From an uncultured Acidobacteriota bacterium (GTDB taxonomy: Bacteria; Acidobacteriota; Vicinamibacteria; Vicinamibacterales; CAVVIG01), in the NCBI GenBank assembly GCA_963780685.1, contig CAWACZ010000012.1, positions 195,238 to 259,237 on the forward strand: 64,000 nt of DNA. Direction: 5' to 3'. Shown here in pieces: positions 10,556 to 20,139 of the stretch; position 1 is the stretch's first letter; every line of letters begins with the position of its first letter. A program made the translations under genes and the position numbers. The notes under the pieces are model-generated. The model was not told the origin of the DNA and searched no databases. It worked only from the letters and a program-made list of their open reading frames with translations.

Positions 10556-12885
10556 CTACCCTGCCTCTCGTTCGTCACTTGGCCCGCCGAAGCTATCAGG
10601 CGAAGGCGGCCGAGCGTTCAAGTAGTGCTGCCACAACGCTCCCTGCGCCAGACCGAAGAGTGCGCGGCGGCACTTGGGGCAAACGTCTTGGTAGTGCCCG
10701 CCGCCGGACAACTGGTACTGAAAGCCGAGTTCCTGCTCGACGACGGTGAGATCGCGAACCATCGGCAGCGAGGCATACGGTTGCCCGCAGCGGCGGCAAG
10801 CGGCCTGCTGGCCGCGAGCGCCTGCGTCCTTGTAGAAGCCGACGCCGAGCTGGGCCGGCCGTTGAAAGACGTGGAACAGCTTGCCGAACGGCAGCCAGAG
10901 CAGCGTCACGATCACCGTGGCGGCATGGAGAATCGCGAGGAACTCGTACGCGTAGCCCCGCATCCACGTGTAGCTGGCCGTGAGCATCAGCCCCGTCATG
11001 CTGATCGCGAAGAGCAGCAGCAGCGGCAGGATGTCCTGCCCGAACTGCTGCACGGCGACAGCGCCGTGGTCGATCATGCGGCGCCGGAAGGCGAGCATCA
11101 CGCCAGCGATGACCAGGAACGACGACCAGACCAGCCCATGGAAGATGACGAAGGCGAACGCGGACTCCACGGGAAAGTCCTGCATCGGGATGCCGAACAC
11201 GAAGGTGCGGTACCTGTGCAGGTCACCGGGAACCGTTTCGAAGTGAATCCAGCCCCAGACCAGCGGGAACGTGATCGCAGCAGCAAGCACGCAGCCCCAC
11301 ATGATCAGCCAGTGCGCGAGCCCACGGAGCCGGCCGCGCCGGAAGATGTACGCATTGGCCGCGAACTCCAGCAGCGCGCGGCGACCCGAGGCTGACCGTG
11401 TTGCCGGCCAGCGCGCGCCGTGAGAAGGAAGGCCTGCCATCCGCGACGCCAGTACATGCGCGTCGGCGGACGCTGCAGCCACATCGCGTACCGATAGCTG
11501 ATCCCGAACGCCGCAAAGAGCGTCGCGAACGTGTAGCCGACGAGCGCCGCGTCGAAGTGCTGCAGGTTTCGCGACCCGACGACGATCGCCGCGGCCAACG
11601 TGGCCGTGACGAGCGCTGCCCACGCGCCGGCTCTGACACGCTCGAGCGCCTGACGCGCGGCCACCGGGAGAGACCGCGTCCATTCGACGTCGCCTGGACG
11701 GAAGACACGCTGATTCGCCGCGCGCAGCAACAGTGCGGTCGCGGACAGGAGGAGGAACCCGGGCCAGATGGCGCCGAGTCGATCGCGGAAGACGCCGAGC
11801 AGGAGCGGCGGGAAGAACCCGCCGAGACCGCCGAGGGCGCCGACGAGGCCGGTCACCGTGCCGGTGTCTTTCGGGAAGCGTTCCGGGACCAGCTTGAAGA
11901 CGGCGCCGTTTCCCAGTCCCATCAGCATCGCGCACCCGAGCGCGCCGACCGTGAACGGCACCATCGACGGCCAGGTCAGAAGCAGCGAGAACAGGGCGAC
12001 GCCGCCGAAGACCCACGACAGGACCTGGGCGCCGCCGATCCGGTCCGCCAGCCACCCGCCGACGGGCCGCATGAGCGTGGCGAGCACGACGAATCCAGCC
12101 GCTCGGAATCCGGCGTCCGCAGGGGCCAGGCCGAACTGCGCACGCAGCAGCGTCGGCAGGTAGATCGAGAACGCGACGAATCCCCCGAATGTCAGGAAGT
12201 AGAATGCGCCGAGCAGCCAGGCGGTAGGCGCGCGCCGCAGGACCGCGGTCATCGCGGCGACCGTGGCGGGACGCCCGGCCTGCGGGGGATTCCGCGCGAA
12301 CACGAAGTAGGCGACGGCCCAACCCAGGAGAAGCGCGCTGGTGCCCCGGAACACCACTTCCCAGCCCAGGCGAGCGGCCACCACCGGGCCGGCGAAGACG
12401 GCAAGCGATTGCCCCATCGTCCCCAGACCGTAGACGCCGAGGGCGGTGCCCTGTCGAGCCGCCGGGGTCCAGCGGGACACGAAGGCCGCCCCTACCGCGA
12501 AGGACGACCCAGCCATGCCGATGAGGAAAGCCGCTACGAGCAGCGAGCCGAAGCTGCTCGTCAGCGGAACGAGGAACGCCGCCAGTGAGGAGAAAGCCAG
12601 GAGCGCGGTGAAGACCAGGCGGCCGCCGAATCGATCCGTCAGCATGCCCATCGGCAGCCGCGCCAACGAGCCGAGCAACACCGGCACGGCAACCAACAGC
12701 GCCGTCTGCGACGCCGTCAGCCCATAGAGACTGCTGAAGACAGACGCCAGTCCGCCAATGAGGCCCCACGCAGCGAACGACAGCGTAAAAGAGATCGTCG
12801 CGAGTACCAAGGGACGCGTGGGCGACGTCCCTGCACCGGTCACGTGGGCCACGGATGGCCTGCTCTCGAGAGACGTATCGCGCAT
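10556..12885 (-). CDS. MFS nitrate/nitrite-porter-like (NarK-type) transporter fused to a C-terminal NarI/DsrM-like multi-TM domain and a CxxC...CxxC tail; apparent frameshift near 11375-11425
   Basis: The MFS part is ORF 11305..12885 ([35 protein letters not shown]). The C-terminal part sits in the frame of ORF 10556..12946 ([30 protein letters not shown]...[15 protein letters not shown]...CRRCGQPY...CPKCRRA). PFGKLFHV resembles the NarI/DsrM C-terminal heme-ligand helix. Confidence 0.7.
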
Positions 12886-13190
12886 GTCGTCTGTCTAGTC
12901 TGCCGCCACCGTTCGCGAACCTGTCCGGGATGCCGAGTGTGTCCAAGCCGAACAGTTCAGTTCACATGCGAGCGTCCGATTCCTGAAGCGGCCGTCGCTG
13001 TTCTCGACTCGGCTCCAGAAGCCAGCAGCATACCAGCGGTCGTGGCGCCGCTGCACGACACTCGAAACGGGAGGCTGCTATCGATACGACGGACGAGCAC
13101 AGCGATGATCGCGATCCCATCGGTGACTCGCCTTGGAGCAAGCCGAGTACTTGTGGTGCAGCACATTGCAGCTGGCAACGGCTTCGGAGA

Positions 13191-13716
13191 TCACATCACG
13201 CGGACAGGTATCGCTCGCGTAGGATGGCCGATGTGGTGAGCAACGTGCCCGATGCACATGTAAGCGAGCGCCCGAACCGTGAACGGGTTGCCGCTGGCGA
13301 CACCGCGCCGCGCCCACCCATCCGCCGGCAGCGATCGGAAAGAAGGCGATGGTCGCGCCTCGAACCGCCTCGAACTCCACAACGATGTCCGCCCATGGCC
13401 GATTGTCGGCGTGGGCAGCCGATACGGCAACCTCCTGGTCGAAGCTCGGTAGCGGACTCTCGAAACCACGAGCAAACCAGAAGGCGCGAGCCACGAACAG
13501 CCGCTCGCAGTCCGCCAGGTGATTCATCACGTCGCGGATGCTCCACTTCCCTGGCGCATAGCGGTGAAGCGACTGTGTCTCCGTGATGCCGCGCGCGAGT
13601 TGGAGCACCTCAGGGAGCTGCACCACCAGCTGCGCGCAGATATCCCCATCCGGAACTTGATCGATATACGTGAAGTAATACGGCGCGGCCTCGGTGCGAT
13701 CAGGACGCTGCGGCAT
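13191..13716 (-). pseudogene. DinB-family (DinB_2) protein, at least two frameshifts (near 13340 and near 13225)
   Basis: MPQRPDRTEAAPYYFTYIDQVP...KWSIRDVMNHLADCERLF (frame 1), then SLPADGWARRGVASGNPFTVRALAYMCIGHVAHH (frame 2), then AILRERYLSA* (frame 3). The parts are taken from three overlapping track ORFs. Confidence 0.7.
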
Positions 13717-13968
13717 GGAAATTCCCTTAGAAGCACTCGAAATCTTCGCCGCCAACAGGTCGGCACAATCCAGCCAGCCGGTGTTCGAATCGATCACGCT
13801 GTTTGACAACAAGGCGGTTGCCGCAACATGGTCGCCCGCTCCCGAAAACAAGTATCGCGTGGAACTCACAGTGAATGCGGACAAACTGAAGGCAGACGGT
13901 TCAGGGCGCGCGAACATGGCTCCGACCGAAGTGGCGGCGGGCCGGTCCCGTATACTCGATGCCAACGC

Positions 13969-16192
13969 ATGTCGATTCCCGCCCAGATTGCGCACTACCG
14001 CGTGGTCTCGAAGCTTGGCGAAGGCGGGATGGGCATCGTCTATGAGGCCGACGATCCAAGGTTGGGGCGGCGGGTCGCCATCAAGCTGCTTCGGGCCGAT
14101 GACGCCATCGCCCGAGCCCGCCTCGTGCGGGAGGCGCGCGCCGCGGCCGCGATCTCGCATCCGCTGATTTGTCAGGTTTTCGATCTGGGCGAATGGGACG
14201 GCCGCCCCTACCTCGTGATGGAGCTCGTGCAGGGAGATCCGCTCAGCGCGAGGCTGGGACGGCCGCTTCCACCCGACCAGGCGCTGCGATGGGCGCTGGC
14301 CATCGGTGAAGGGCTCGCCGTCCTTCACCATCACGCCATCGTCCACCGCGATCTGAAGCCGTCGAATGTCTTCGTCACCCGGTCTGGCCTGAAGCTCCTC
14401 GACTTCGGGCTCGCGCGGCCGATCGACACCCACGACAACGAAACGATGGCGGGCGTGACGCAGGCCGGCGTCATCGTCGGCACACCGCAGTATGCCGCGC
14501 CGGAACAGCTATCGGGCGATTCCGTCGACGCACGGGCGGACCTGTTCTCGCTCGGCGTGATGCTGTTCGAGATGGTCACCGGGCGACCGCCCTTCGTGGG
14601 CACGACGCTCGCGGCCCTCATTCATGCCGTGCTCTACGACACGCCTCCCGTGCTGACGGGCTCGCCGGCCATTTCCGCGCTCGACCGCGTGATTCATCGC
14701 GCGCTGGCGAAGAGGGCCGACAATCGCTACCCGACGATCGACCGAATGGCGTCGGAGCTTCAGGCGGCGCTGGCATCCCTCGGTTCGGACCCGCCGATCG
14801 AAACACGAGCCGTCACGCGCCTGGCAGTGCTCCCGTTTCGCCTGCTCAAGGCGGATCCGGATATCGACTACCTGCGGTCGAGTCTGGCGGACGCGATTAC
14901 GACGTCGCTGTCCGGCCTGGAGTCGCTGGTGCTGCGATCGACCATCAAGTCGGCCGCGTACGCGGACGCCTCACCCGATCTGAACCGCATCGCGTCCGAG
15001 CTGGCGGTGGACGCCGTCCTGACCGGCTCGATTCTGTCGTCGAACGATCGCCTGCGTGTCAGCGCCCAGCTGGTGACGGCGCCGGCCGGCGACGTCTTGT
15101 GGTCGGTACGGCACGGTTGTGGACGCCAGTGCGGTGTTCGAGCTCCACGAGACCCTCGCACGGCGTACGGTCGAGGCGCTACCCCTCACGTCACGCGACC
15201 AGGCGCGACGACCGCAGGCTGGCCCGGCGAATCACAAGGCCTTCGATTTGTACCTCCGAGGGATGCAGCTTCGAATGGAGCCGAGCAGCTGGCGGCAGGC
15301 GCGGGCGCTGTTCGAACAATCGGTCGCGCTGGACCCGGCGTTCGCGCCGGCCTGGGCCGAGCGAGGGCGTCTCGATCGCGTCCTGGGCAAGTTCGAGAAT
15401 CGCGCACGACTCGCGGACGCGGAAGCGGCGTTTCAGCGCGCGCTCGAGCTCGATCGCGACAATGGTGCGGCGCACTACTACTACGCGCAACTCGAGATCG
15501 ACGTGGGACGCGCAGACGCGGCGCTCGAACGCCTCCTCGATCGGGCGCGGCAGCGACGCGCCGAGCCGGAAGTGTACGCAGCGCTCGTTCATGCGTGTCG
15601 CTATTGCGGGCTGCTCGACGAGTCGCTCGCCGCACACGACCATGCCCGCCGGCTCGACCCGACGGTCACGACGAGCGTGCTTCATACCTACTACATGCGA
15701 GGCGATTACGGACGGGCGCTCGAGCAGGGCCACCAGAGCACCGATCCCTTGGAAGCTCGCGTCCTGGGTGCGATGGGTCGCACAGGAGAGGCCATCGCCG
15801 CCGCGCGACGCGAGGAGGAACGCTTCAGCGCCGTTCCGACGCTGAAGAGCTTGTGCACCGCGTTTCGCGCCACGTTGGAGGGCCGTCGTGACGAGGCGCA
15901 AACGGCGCTCGCCGGGCTCGCAGGATTCAACGAATTCAACGACGGGGAGGGACTCTTCTATGTCGCCCAGCTCTACGCCATGCTGGGTCTGGTCGACCAG
16001 GCCGTCGTCACGCTCGAGGGATCCGTCGACCTGGGTTTCGTCGCGGTAACCGCCATCGAGAACGACCCGTACCTGAAGCCGCTGCGCCAGCTCACGAGGT
16101 ACGTGGAAGTGGTGGAGCGCGCGAGGACCCGACAAAGCGCCGCCGCCGGGACCTTCGCCCGCGCCGGCGGCTTTCTGGTGTTGCAGAACTAG
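13969..16192 (+). CDS. Ser/Thr protein kinase with C-terminal TolB-N-like and TPR region; apparent frameshift near 15100-15120
   Basis: YRVVSKLGEGGMGIVYEA...VAIKLL...HRDLKPSNVF...DFGLAR...APEQ are the Hanks motifs. The continuation in ORF 15119..16192 (AFDLYLRGMQL...ALDPAFAPAWAERG...) is TPR-like. Confidence 0.85.
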
Positions 16193-16262
16193 TGGTGTAT
16201 CGCCGCTCCCATCGAACAGGGCGGCCTGGGGACCAAGCGCGATCGCCCGATACTCCGGAAGG

Positions 16263-17688
16263 ATGCTGTCCTTACGTCATGCCGTGCTTGGGTTCGTCCT
16301 GCTAGGGGCGGCTGGGGGCACTTTGCCGGCTGCGGCGGCCGAACGGACGGTCGTGCTTTCGACCGCGGAGCGCTCGGCCATCGCCAGAGCATTTGCACCC
16401 GTGCTCGTCTTTCATCCGTTGGAAGAATACTTTCCGACAAGCCCCGTATTCCCGCTCGACTCGTCTCGTGTGTTGGAGGCTGCGGAAGAACACCTGCTCG
16501 ATCTTCGCACACGCCTGGGCAGTCACTCCGAACGTGCGGCGCACTATCGAGCGTTGTCGATTGACGAAAAGGTCCGGCGCAGCGCCGTGCAGTACCGGGT
16601 GTTCTCGCGGCTGGTAGACGGACGTGCGGAGGTCGTCGCCGAGGTCCTGGTGCTACTACGTATTCAACCAGTTCTCGGTCCGTGTACCTGGCTGCCCTAT
16701 CGCGTGCCGATAACCATCCTCACGACCTGGAGCGCGTGTATTCGTGTTGCGACCGCTCGGTACAGGCGGCGCCCCCGACCACCCGGACGAGGAGTGGGCG
16801 ACAAAAGCATTTCGGATCGAGCGAGTGGTCACAAACGCCCACGATGGCAGCATTCCACCGAATCAGTATCTGGCAGGTGACGGCGAAACACTCGCCCCGC
16901 CAATCGCCGTGCTCATCGAGCACGGATCCCACGCAATGGCGCCAGATATCAATCGTGACGGACAGTTCACCCCAAAATCGACAGCACGGCTACGACAAAG
17001 CTGTTGTGGGGCATCCGCGATCGCGGCGCGACGTGGGGTCGATATCGGTCTTTGTACATGGATCTTCGAGGAGAGACTTCGGTGCGACTCTGCGGTCCGG
17101 CTTCACCTCCGCCGGATCGTGAGACGTGTCAGCCTTACGCGCTGTCTCCGGCCATCGAGCTGCAAGACTGGTTCAGCCGCGCCTCGCTGTCGCGCGCCGA
17201 TCGACGCGACATCGTCGGCCATACGCCTTGGCTGAGACGCGCGTTCAGCGACGTCCGCGTCGAACGATTGATGTTCCCCACCGACCCGCCGGACGGTCGA
17301 ATGCTCGACTCGATGCTGCGTCGCCGCTCGAGGACCCATGCAGGATACGTGCTGGGCTGGACCACCACCGGAACGCATGTGCCAACCTTCCTGGTGGGAC
17401 GGCGCTACTTCTGGGAGGTCCAAACACGATACGCACCGGACATCATTGCGGAAGCGATGGCGCTTTTTCCTGTGGGCGACCGACGACTGGGCGAGGCGAC
17501 TATTTTTGGATCCTACGCGGTCGATGCGGTCTCGAGCGTCTTGGTGGGGGCCGGCTGGTTGTCGAATGGGAGGTCGTCCCCGGACGTTCTCGCGGGAGTC
17601 GATCTGCCGAATCGGCTTACTGCGCATCCGTCCCACGTGGGGGTTTCGCGGGGGCGGATTCGACTCCCGCGTAACGGTCACGTTCTGA
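16263..17688 (+). pseudogene. Secreted hypothetical protein, possibly Vps62/DUF946-like; at least 5 frame changes between about 16640 and 17010
   Basis: Signal peptide MLSLRHAVLGFVLLGAAGG. APVLVFHPLEEYFPTSPVFPLD resembles the Vps62-type FHPxExYxPSS N-terminus, and DNHPHDLERVY resembles HxGDWEHV. The text hops between frames: WCYYVFNQFSVR / TWLPYRVP / DNHPHDLERVY / VLRPLGTGG... / LLWGIRDRGATWG... The 3' end is uncertain. Confidence 0.4.
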
Positions 17689-18063
17689 GTGGGCCGCGTG
17701 ACGCACACGCAGCATGCCGCCCGCCCACACGCACGGCAAGGCGGTCACGATTAGAAGAATCGGATACCATCTCGGTCCGAACGCCGGCCCGGCATTCCAA
17801 GTGGCAACGGCGCCAATCGTCGCCGCGAGCATCCCGACCGCGCCGAGCACCATGACATGCCAGATGGGTCGTCGAGGGGCCAGCGCGGCGGTGAGGTAGC
17901 CTCCGAGCACGGTGGAGACGACCCGGTAGACGGTTGCCCACACGAAGAGCCCATCAGTCATCGATTCGCCCCAAGGAGGAAATACACCGCTCGCGTGCAT
18001 GACGGCGTCGGTGCCGACCGAGAGCAGCGCGGTGGCGACCAATCCCGCGGCCACCGCGGCCAC
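17617..18063 (-). CDS. Hypothetical 4-TM membrane protein
   Basis: 148-aa ORF with hydrophobic segments (AAGLVATALLSVGTDAV, VWATVYRVVSTVLGGYLTAAL, VMVLGAVGMLAATIGAVA, ILLIVTALPCVWAGGML). I recognise no family. Confidence 0.45.
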   Translation of the reverse strand: MAAVAAGLVATALLSVGTDAVMHASGVFPPWGESMTDGLFVWATVYRVVSTVLGGYLTAALAPRRPIWHVMVLGAVGMLAATIGAVATWNAGPAFGPRWYPILLIVTALPCVWAGGMLRVRHAAHSERDRYAGVESAPAKPPRGTDAQ

Positions 18064-18099
18064 ACTTCGTCCGGTGTGACGCGAAACGAGAGTCTGCGG

Positions 18100-18639
18100 T
18101 CATGGCTGGCCACCGGTGCGGCGGCTATCAATTGCCTGGACCACGGCCGCCAGCTTGTCGAGCTCGCTCTCCCAGCCCATCTTGGCTCGCTCGGTCCATT
18201 CGTCGCTGTGCATGGCGTCGAATGTCAGGATCATTCGGACGCCGGCGGCGGTCGGCCGCAGTTCGACCACAGTGGCCACATCGTACGGGTCGACGCCGGG
18301 GATGAAATCGGTGAGGTGGAGGTACGCCAGCCGGCGCGGCGGCTCGACCTCGGTGAACGTGATGCGGCATTCCTGCGTGAGCGGCATGCCCGCCTTTTTC
18401 ATAAACTCGATCTGGGGCGGGTGGACGGCAGTCATCGCGTAGAGGAGCTCGCCTCCGGGACGAAGATTGAGCTTCCGAACCGTGACCGCGAATCCACCGG
18501 GACCCCACCACGATTCGATACCGTCCTTGGTGGTCCACAGGTCCCACACGTCTTGAAGCTCGGCTCGATACACCCGTTCGAGCGTGATGCGGTTCCGAGA
18601 GCCGGGCACACCGGCGCTGGTCTTGAGCGTGTCTGTCAT
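18100..18639 (-). CDS. SRPBCC / AHSA1 (activator of Hsp90 ATPase homolog 1-like) family protein
   Basis: ITLERVYRAELQDVWDLWTTKDGIESWWGPGGF...LTFDAMHSDEWTERAKMGWESELDKLA. The start is ATG 18639 (MTDTLK), overlapping the ArsR stop by 4 nt; this is the classical ArsR-SRPBCC pair. Confidence 0.85.
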   Translation of the reverse strand: MTDTLKTSAGVPGSRNRITLERVYRAELQDVWDLWTTKDGIESWWGPGGFAVTVRKLNLRPGGELLYAMTAVHPPQIEFMKKAGMPLTQECRITFTEVEPPRRLAYLHLTDFIPGVDPYDVATVVELRPTAAGVRMILTFDAMHSDEWTERAKMGWESELDKLAAVVQAIDSRRTGGQP

Positions 18640-18989
18640 GGCGTCCTCCGTGTACGGCGGGAGCGTCGGCGCGCCTGCTGCCTGCGCGCGAGCGCGTCGC
18701 CAAAGGCGTCGAGGCGTGCGATCCACAAGGCGCGGTATTGTGCGACCCAGGTGTCCAGAGCCCGAAACGGTTCGGGCCGCAACGAGTACAGGCGGTGCGG
18801 GCCGTCAGGCCTCACCTGAACGAACCCGGCCTCTTCGAGAATCCGGAGGTGCCGCGACACTCCCGATTGGTGGATGTCCATCCGCGCGACCAGGTCGTTG
18901 ACCGCTTGTTCGCCGCCAAGCAGCGCCTCGACAATCTGGAAGCGGCTCGGATCCGCGAGGGTCTGAAAGACAGCGGCTTGCATCTCCAT
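18636..18989 (-). CDS. ArsR/SmtB family transcriptional regulator
   Basis: FQTLADPSRFQIVEALLGGEQAVNDLVARMDIHQSGVSRHLRILEEAGFV. Confidence 0.9.
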   Translation of the reverse strand: MEMQAAVFQTLADPSRFQIVEALLGGEQAVNDLVARMDIHQSGVSRHLRILEEAGFVQVRPDGPHRLYSLRPEPFRALDTWVAQYRALWIARLDAFGDALARRQQARRRSRRTRRTP

Positions 18990-18990
18990 A

Positions 18991-19012
18991 CATATGCATG
19001 TTACTGCATATG
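18991..19012. promoter_or_regulatory. Inverted repeat CATATGCA-N6-TGCATATG immediately upstream of the ArsR start (candidate ArsR operator)
   Basis: Read directly: catatgca tgttac tgcatatg, starting 2 nt upstream of the ATG whose reverse complement is at 18987-18989. Confidence 0.45.
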
Positions 19013-19077
19013 CATGGCGGTGTCAAGCAGCCGTGCTGGCTTTTTCAGCAACCGCTGAAACCGCTGCCCAGCTTGGT

Positions 19078-19876
19078 TCAGTGAGTGAGGCCGTAGATCA
19101 AGTAGTTGACGCCGAGCTTATAGGCCTCGTTCGTATCGTCGATCGGGCGCAGGCCGCTGCCCGACCACTCCCAGGACCTGGGACACGTCAGTGTTGTAGT
19201 TGACGATCGCCTGAAGCCGCTTCTCTGGATCGTTGTCCTCGAAGACGCCGCGGAAGATCGGCTTTCCAGCGTTGTAGGCCTGCGGCACGATGTCGAGGTC
19301 GTCAATCTCGAAGAAGGCATGGAAGATTGGATGCGTCGGCTTCATGTCGAAGAAGCGAACATCGGGGAACACCCGTCGCATGTTGGCTTCGAACACCGCC
19401 CAGCCGGGACTGCCGAAGTCGCCTTCCCGCTTGAAGTCGTCGACGATCAGGAAGCCGCCTTTCTGGAGGTACGTCCGCAGCCCTTCGGCTTCGCGATCGG
19501 TCAAGGTCCACCAGCTGGCCTCGATGATGTAGGCGACGGGGTACTTGAAGATCTCCGGGTCGTCCAGCGTCAGCGTGTTGATGGTGTCGTCGTGGGCATC
19601 GAGCAGGCTCACCTCTTTCATGATCTTCATCAGATTCTGCTCGGCGAGCGGATACCCATGCGCCCACGAGGGAAGACCGCGCCACCAGTAGCCGCCGGGC
19701 GCCGTCTCGTACTTGAGGCGGACAAACGTGAATCGGGCATCGTACGCGACGTTCGGATCGGGATGAAACGGCGTGAATCGCCCGCCGAAGAACCCTCGCT
19801 CGCGCTGGGCGAAGGCGGTCAGGCCGGCCAGAAGACAGATGGCGATGATGGCCGAGGCTCCGCGGCGTCTGCTCAC
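19078..19876 (-). CDS. DUF4159 domain protein, apparent frameshift near 19180
   Basis: FTFVRLKYETAPGGYWWRGLPSWAHGYPLAEQNLMKIMKEVS...VAYIIEASWWTLTDREAEGLRTYLQKGGFLIVDDF. The C-terminus WEWSGSGLRPIDDTNEAYKLGVNYLIYGLTH is in the overlapping ORF 19078..19320. Confidence 0.75.
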
Positions 19877-19952
19877 GCCGAGAGAATAACACTCACGACT
19901 TCGTCACGTTCACTGACCGTGCCTGGGTGCCTCGTGCCGACTTCAGACGCAC

Positions 19953-20093
19953 CTATCGTCGTTGCGGGTACTTCTCGAACCAGGCGACCATTTCCAGATT
20001 GACCCGCTTCGCGTTCGCGCCGAAGAACCCATGCCCTGCGCCTTCCACCGTCAGGAGCTTGGAGGATGCGACGGCAGTGGGTGGCCACGTCAT
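19953..20093 (-). pseudogene. Possible C-terminal remnant of an alpha/beta hydrolase
   Basis: My translation gives MTWPPTAVASSKLLTVEGAGHGFFGANAKRVNLEMVAWFEKYPQRR*. The ...EGAGHGF... catalytic-His region and ending are typical of dienelactone-hydrolase/S9-type folds. No upstream body is present. Confidence 0.3.
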
Positions 20094-20139
20094 GTAGATG
20101 GTTCGCCCGTCCAGGCGTGAGATACTAAAGGACTGTTCG

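Noticed and set aside
11398-12946. The N-terminal two-thirds of the 796-aa ORF 10556..12946, and the plus-strand ORF 11398..12588
   Set aside because: Only the C-terminal part (about 10556-11400) of the 796-aa frame reads as membrane protein. Upstream of that, the true coding frame is the MFS ORF 11305..12885. The rest is out-of-frame or antisense GC-rich read-through.
12886-13080. Possible Moco or other riboswitch in the 5' leader of the nitrate-type operon
   Set aside because: I could find only short generic hairpins and cannot match any riboswitch consensus by eye. A covariance-model scan is needed before any claim.
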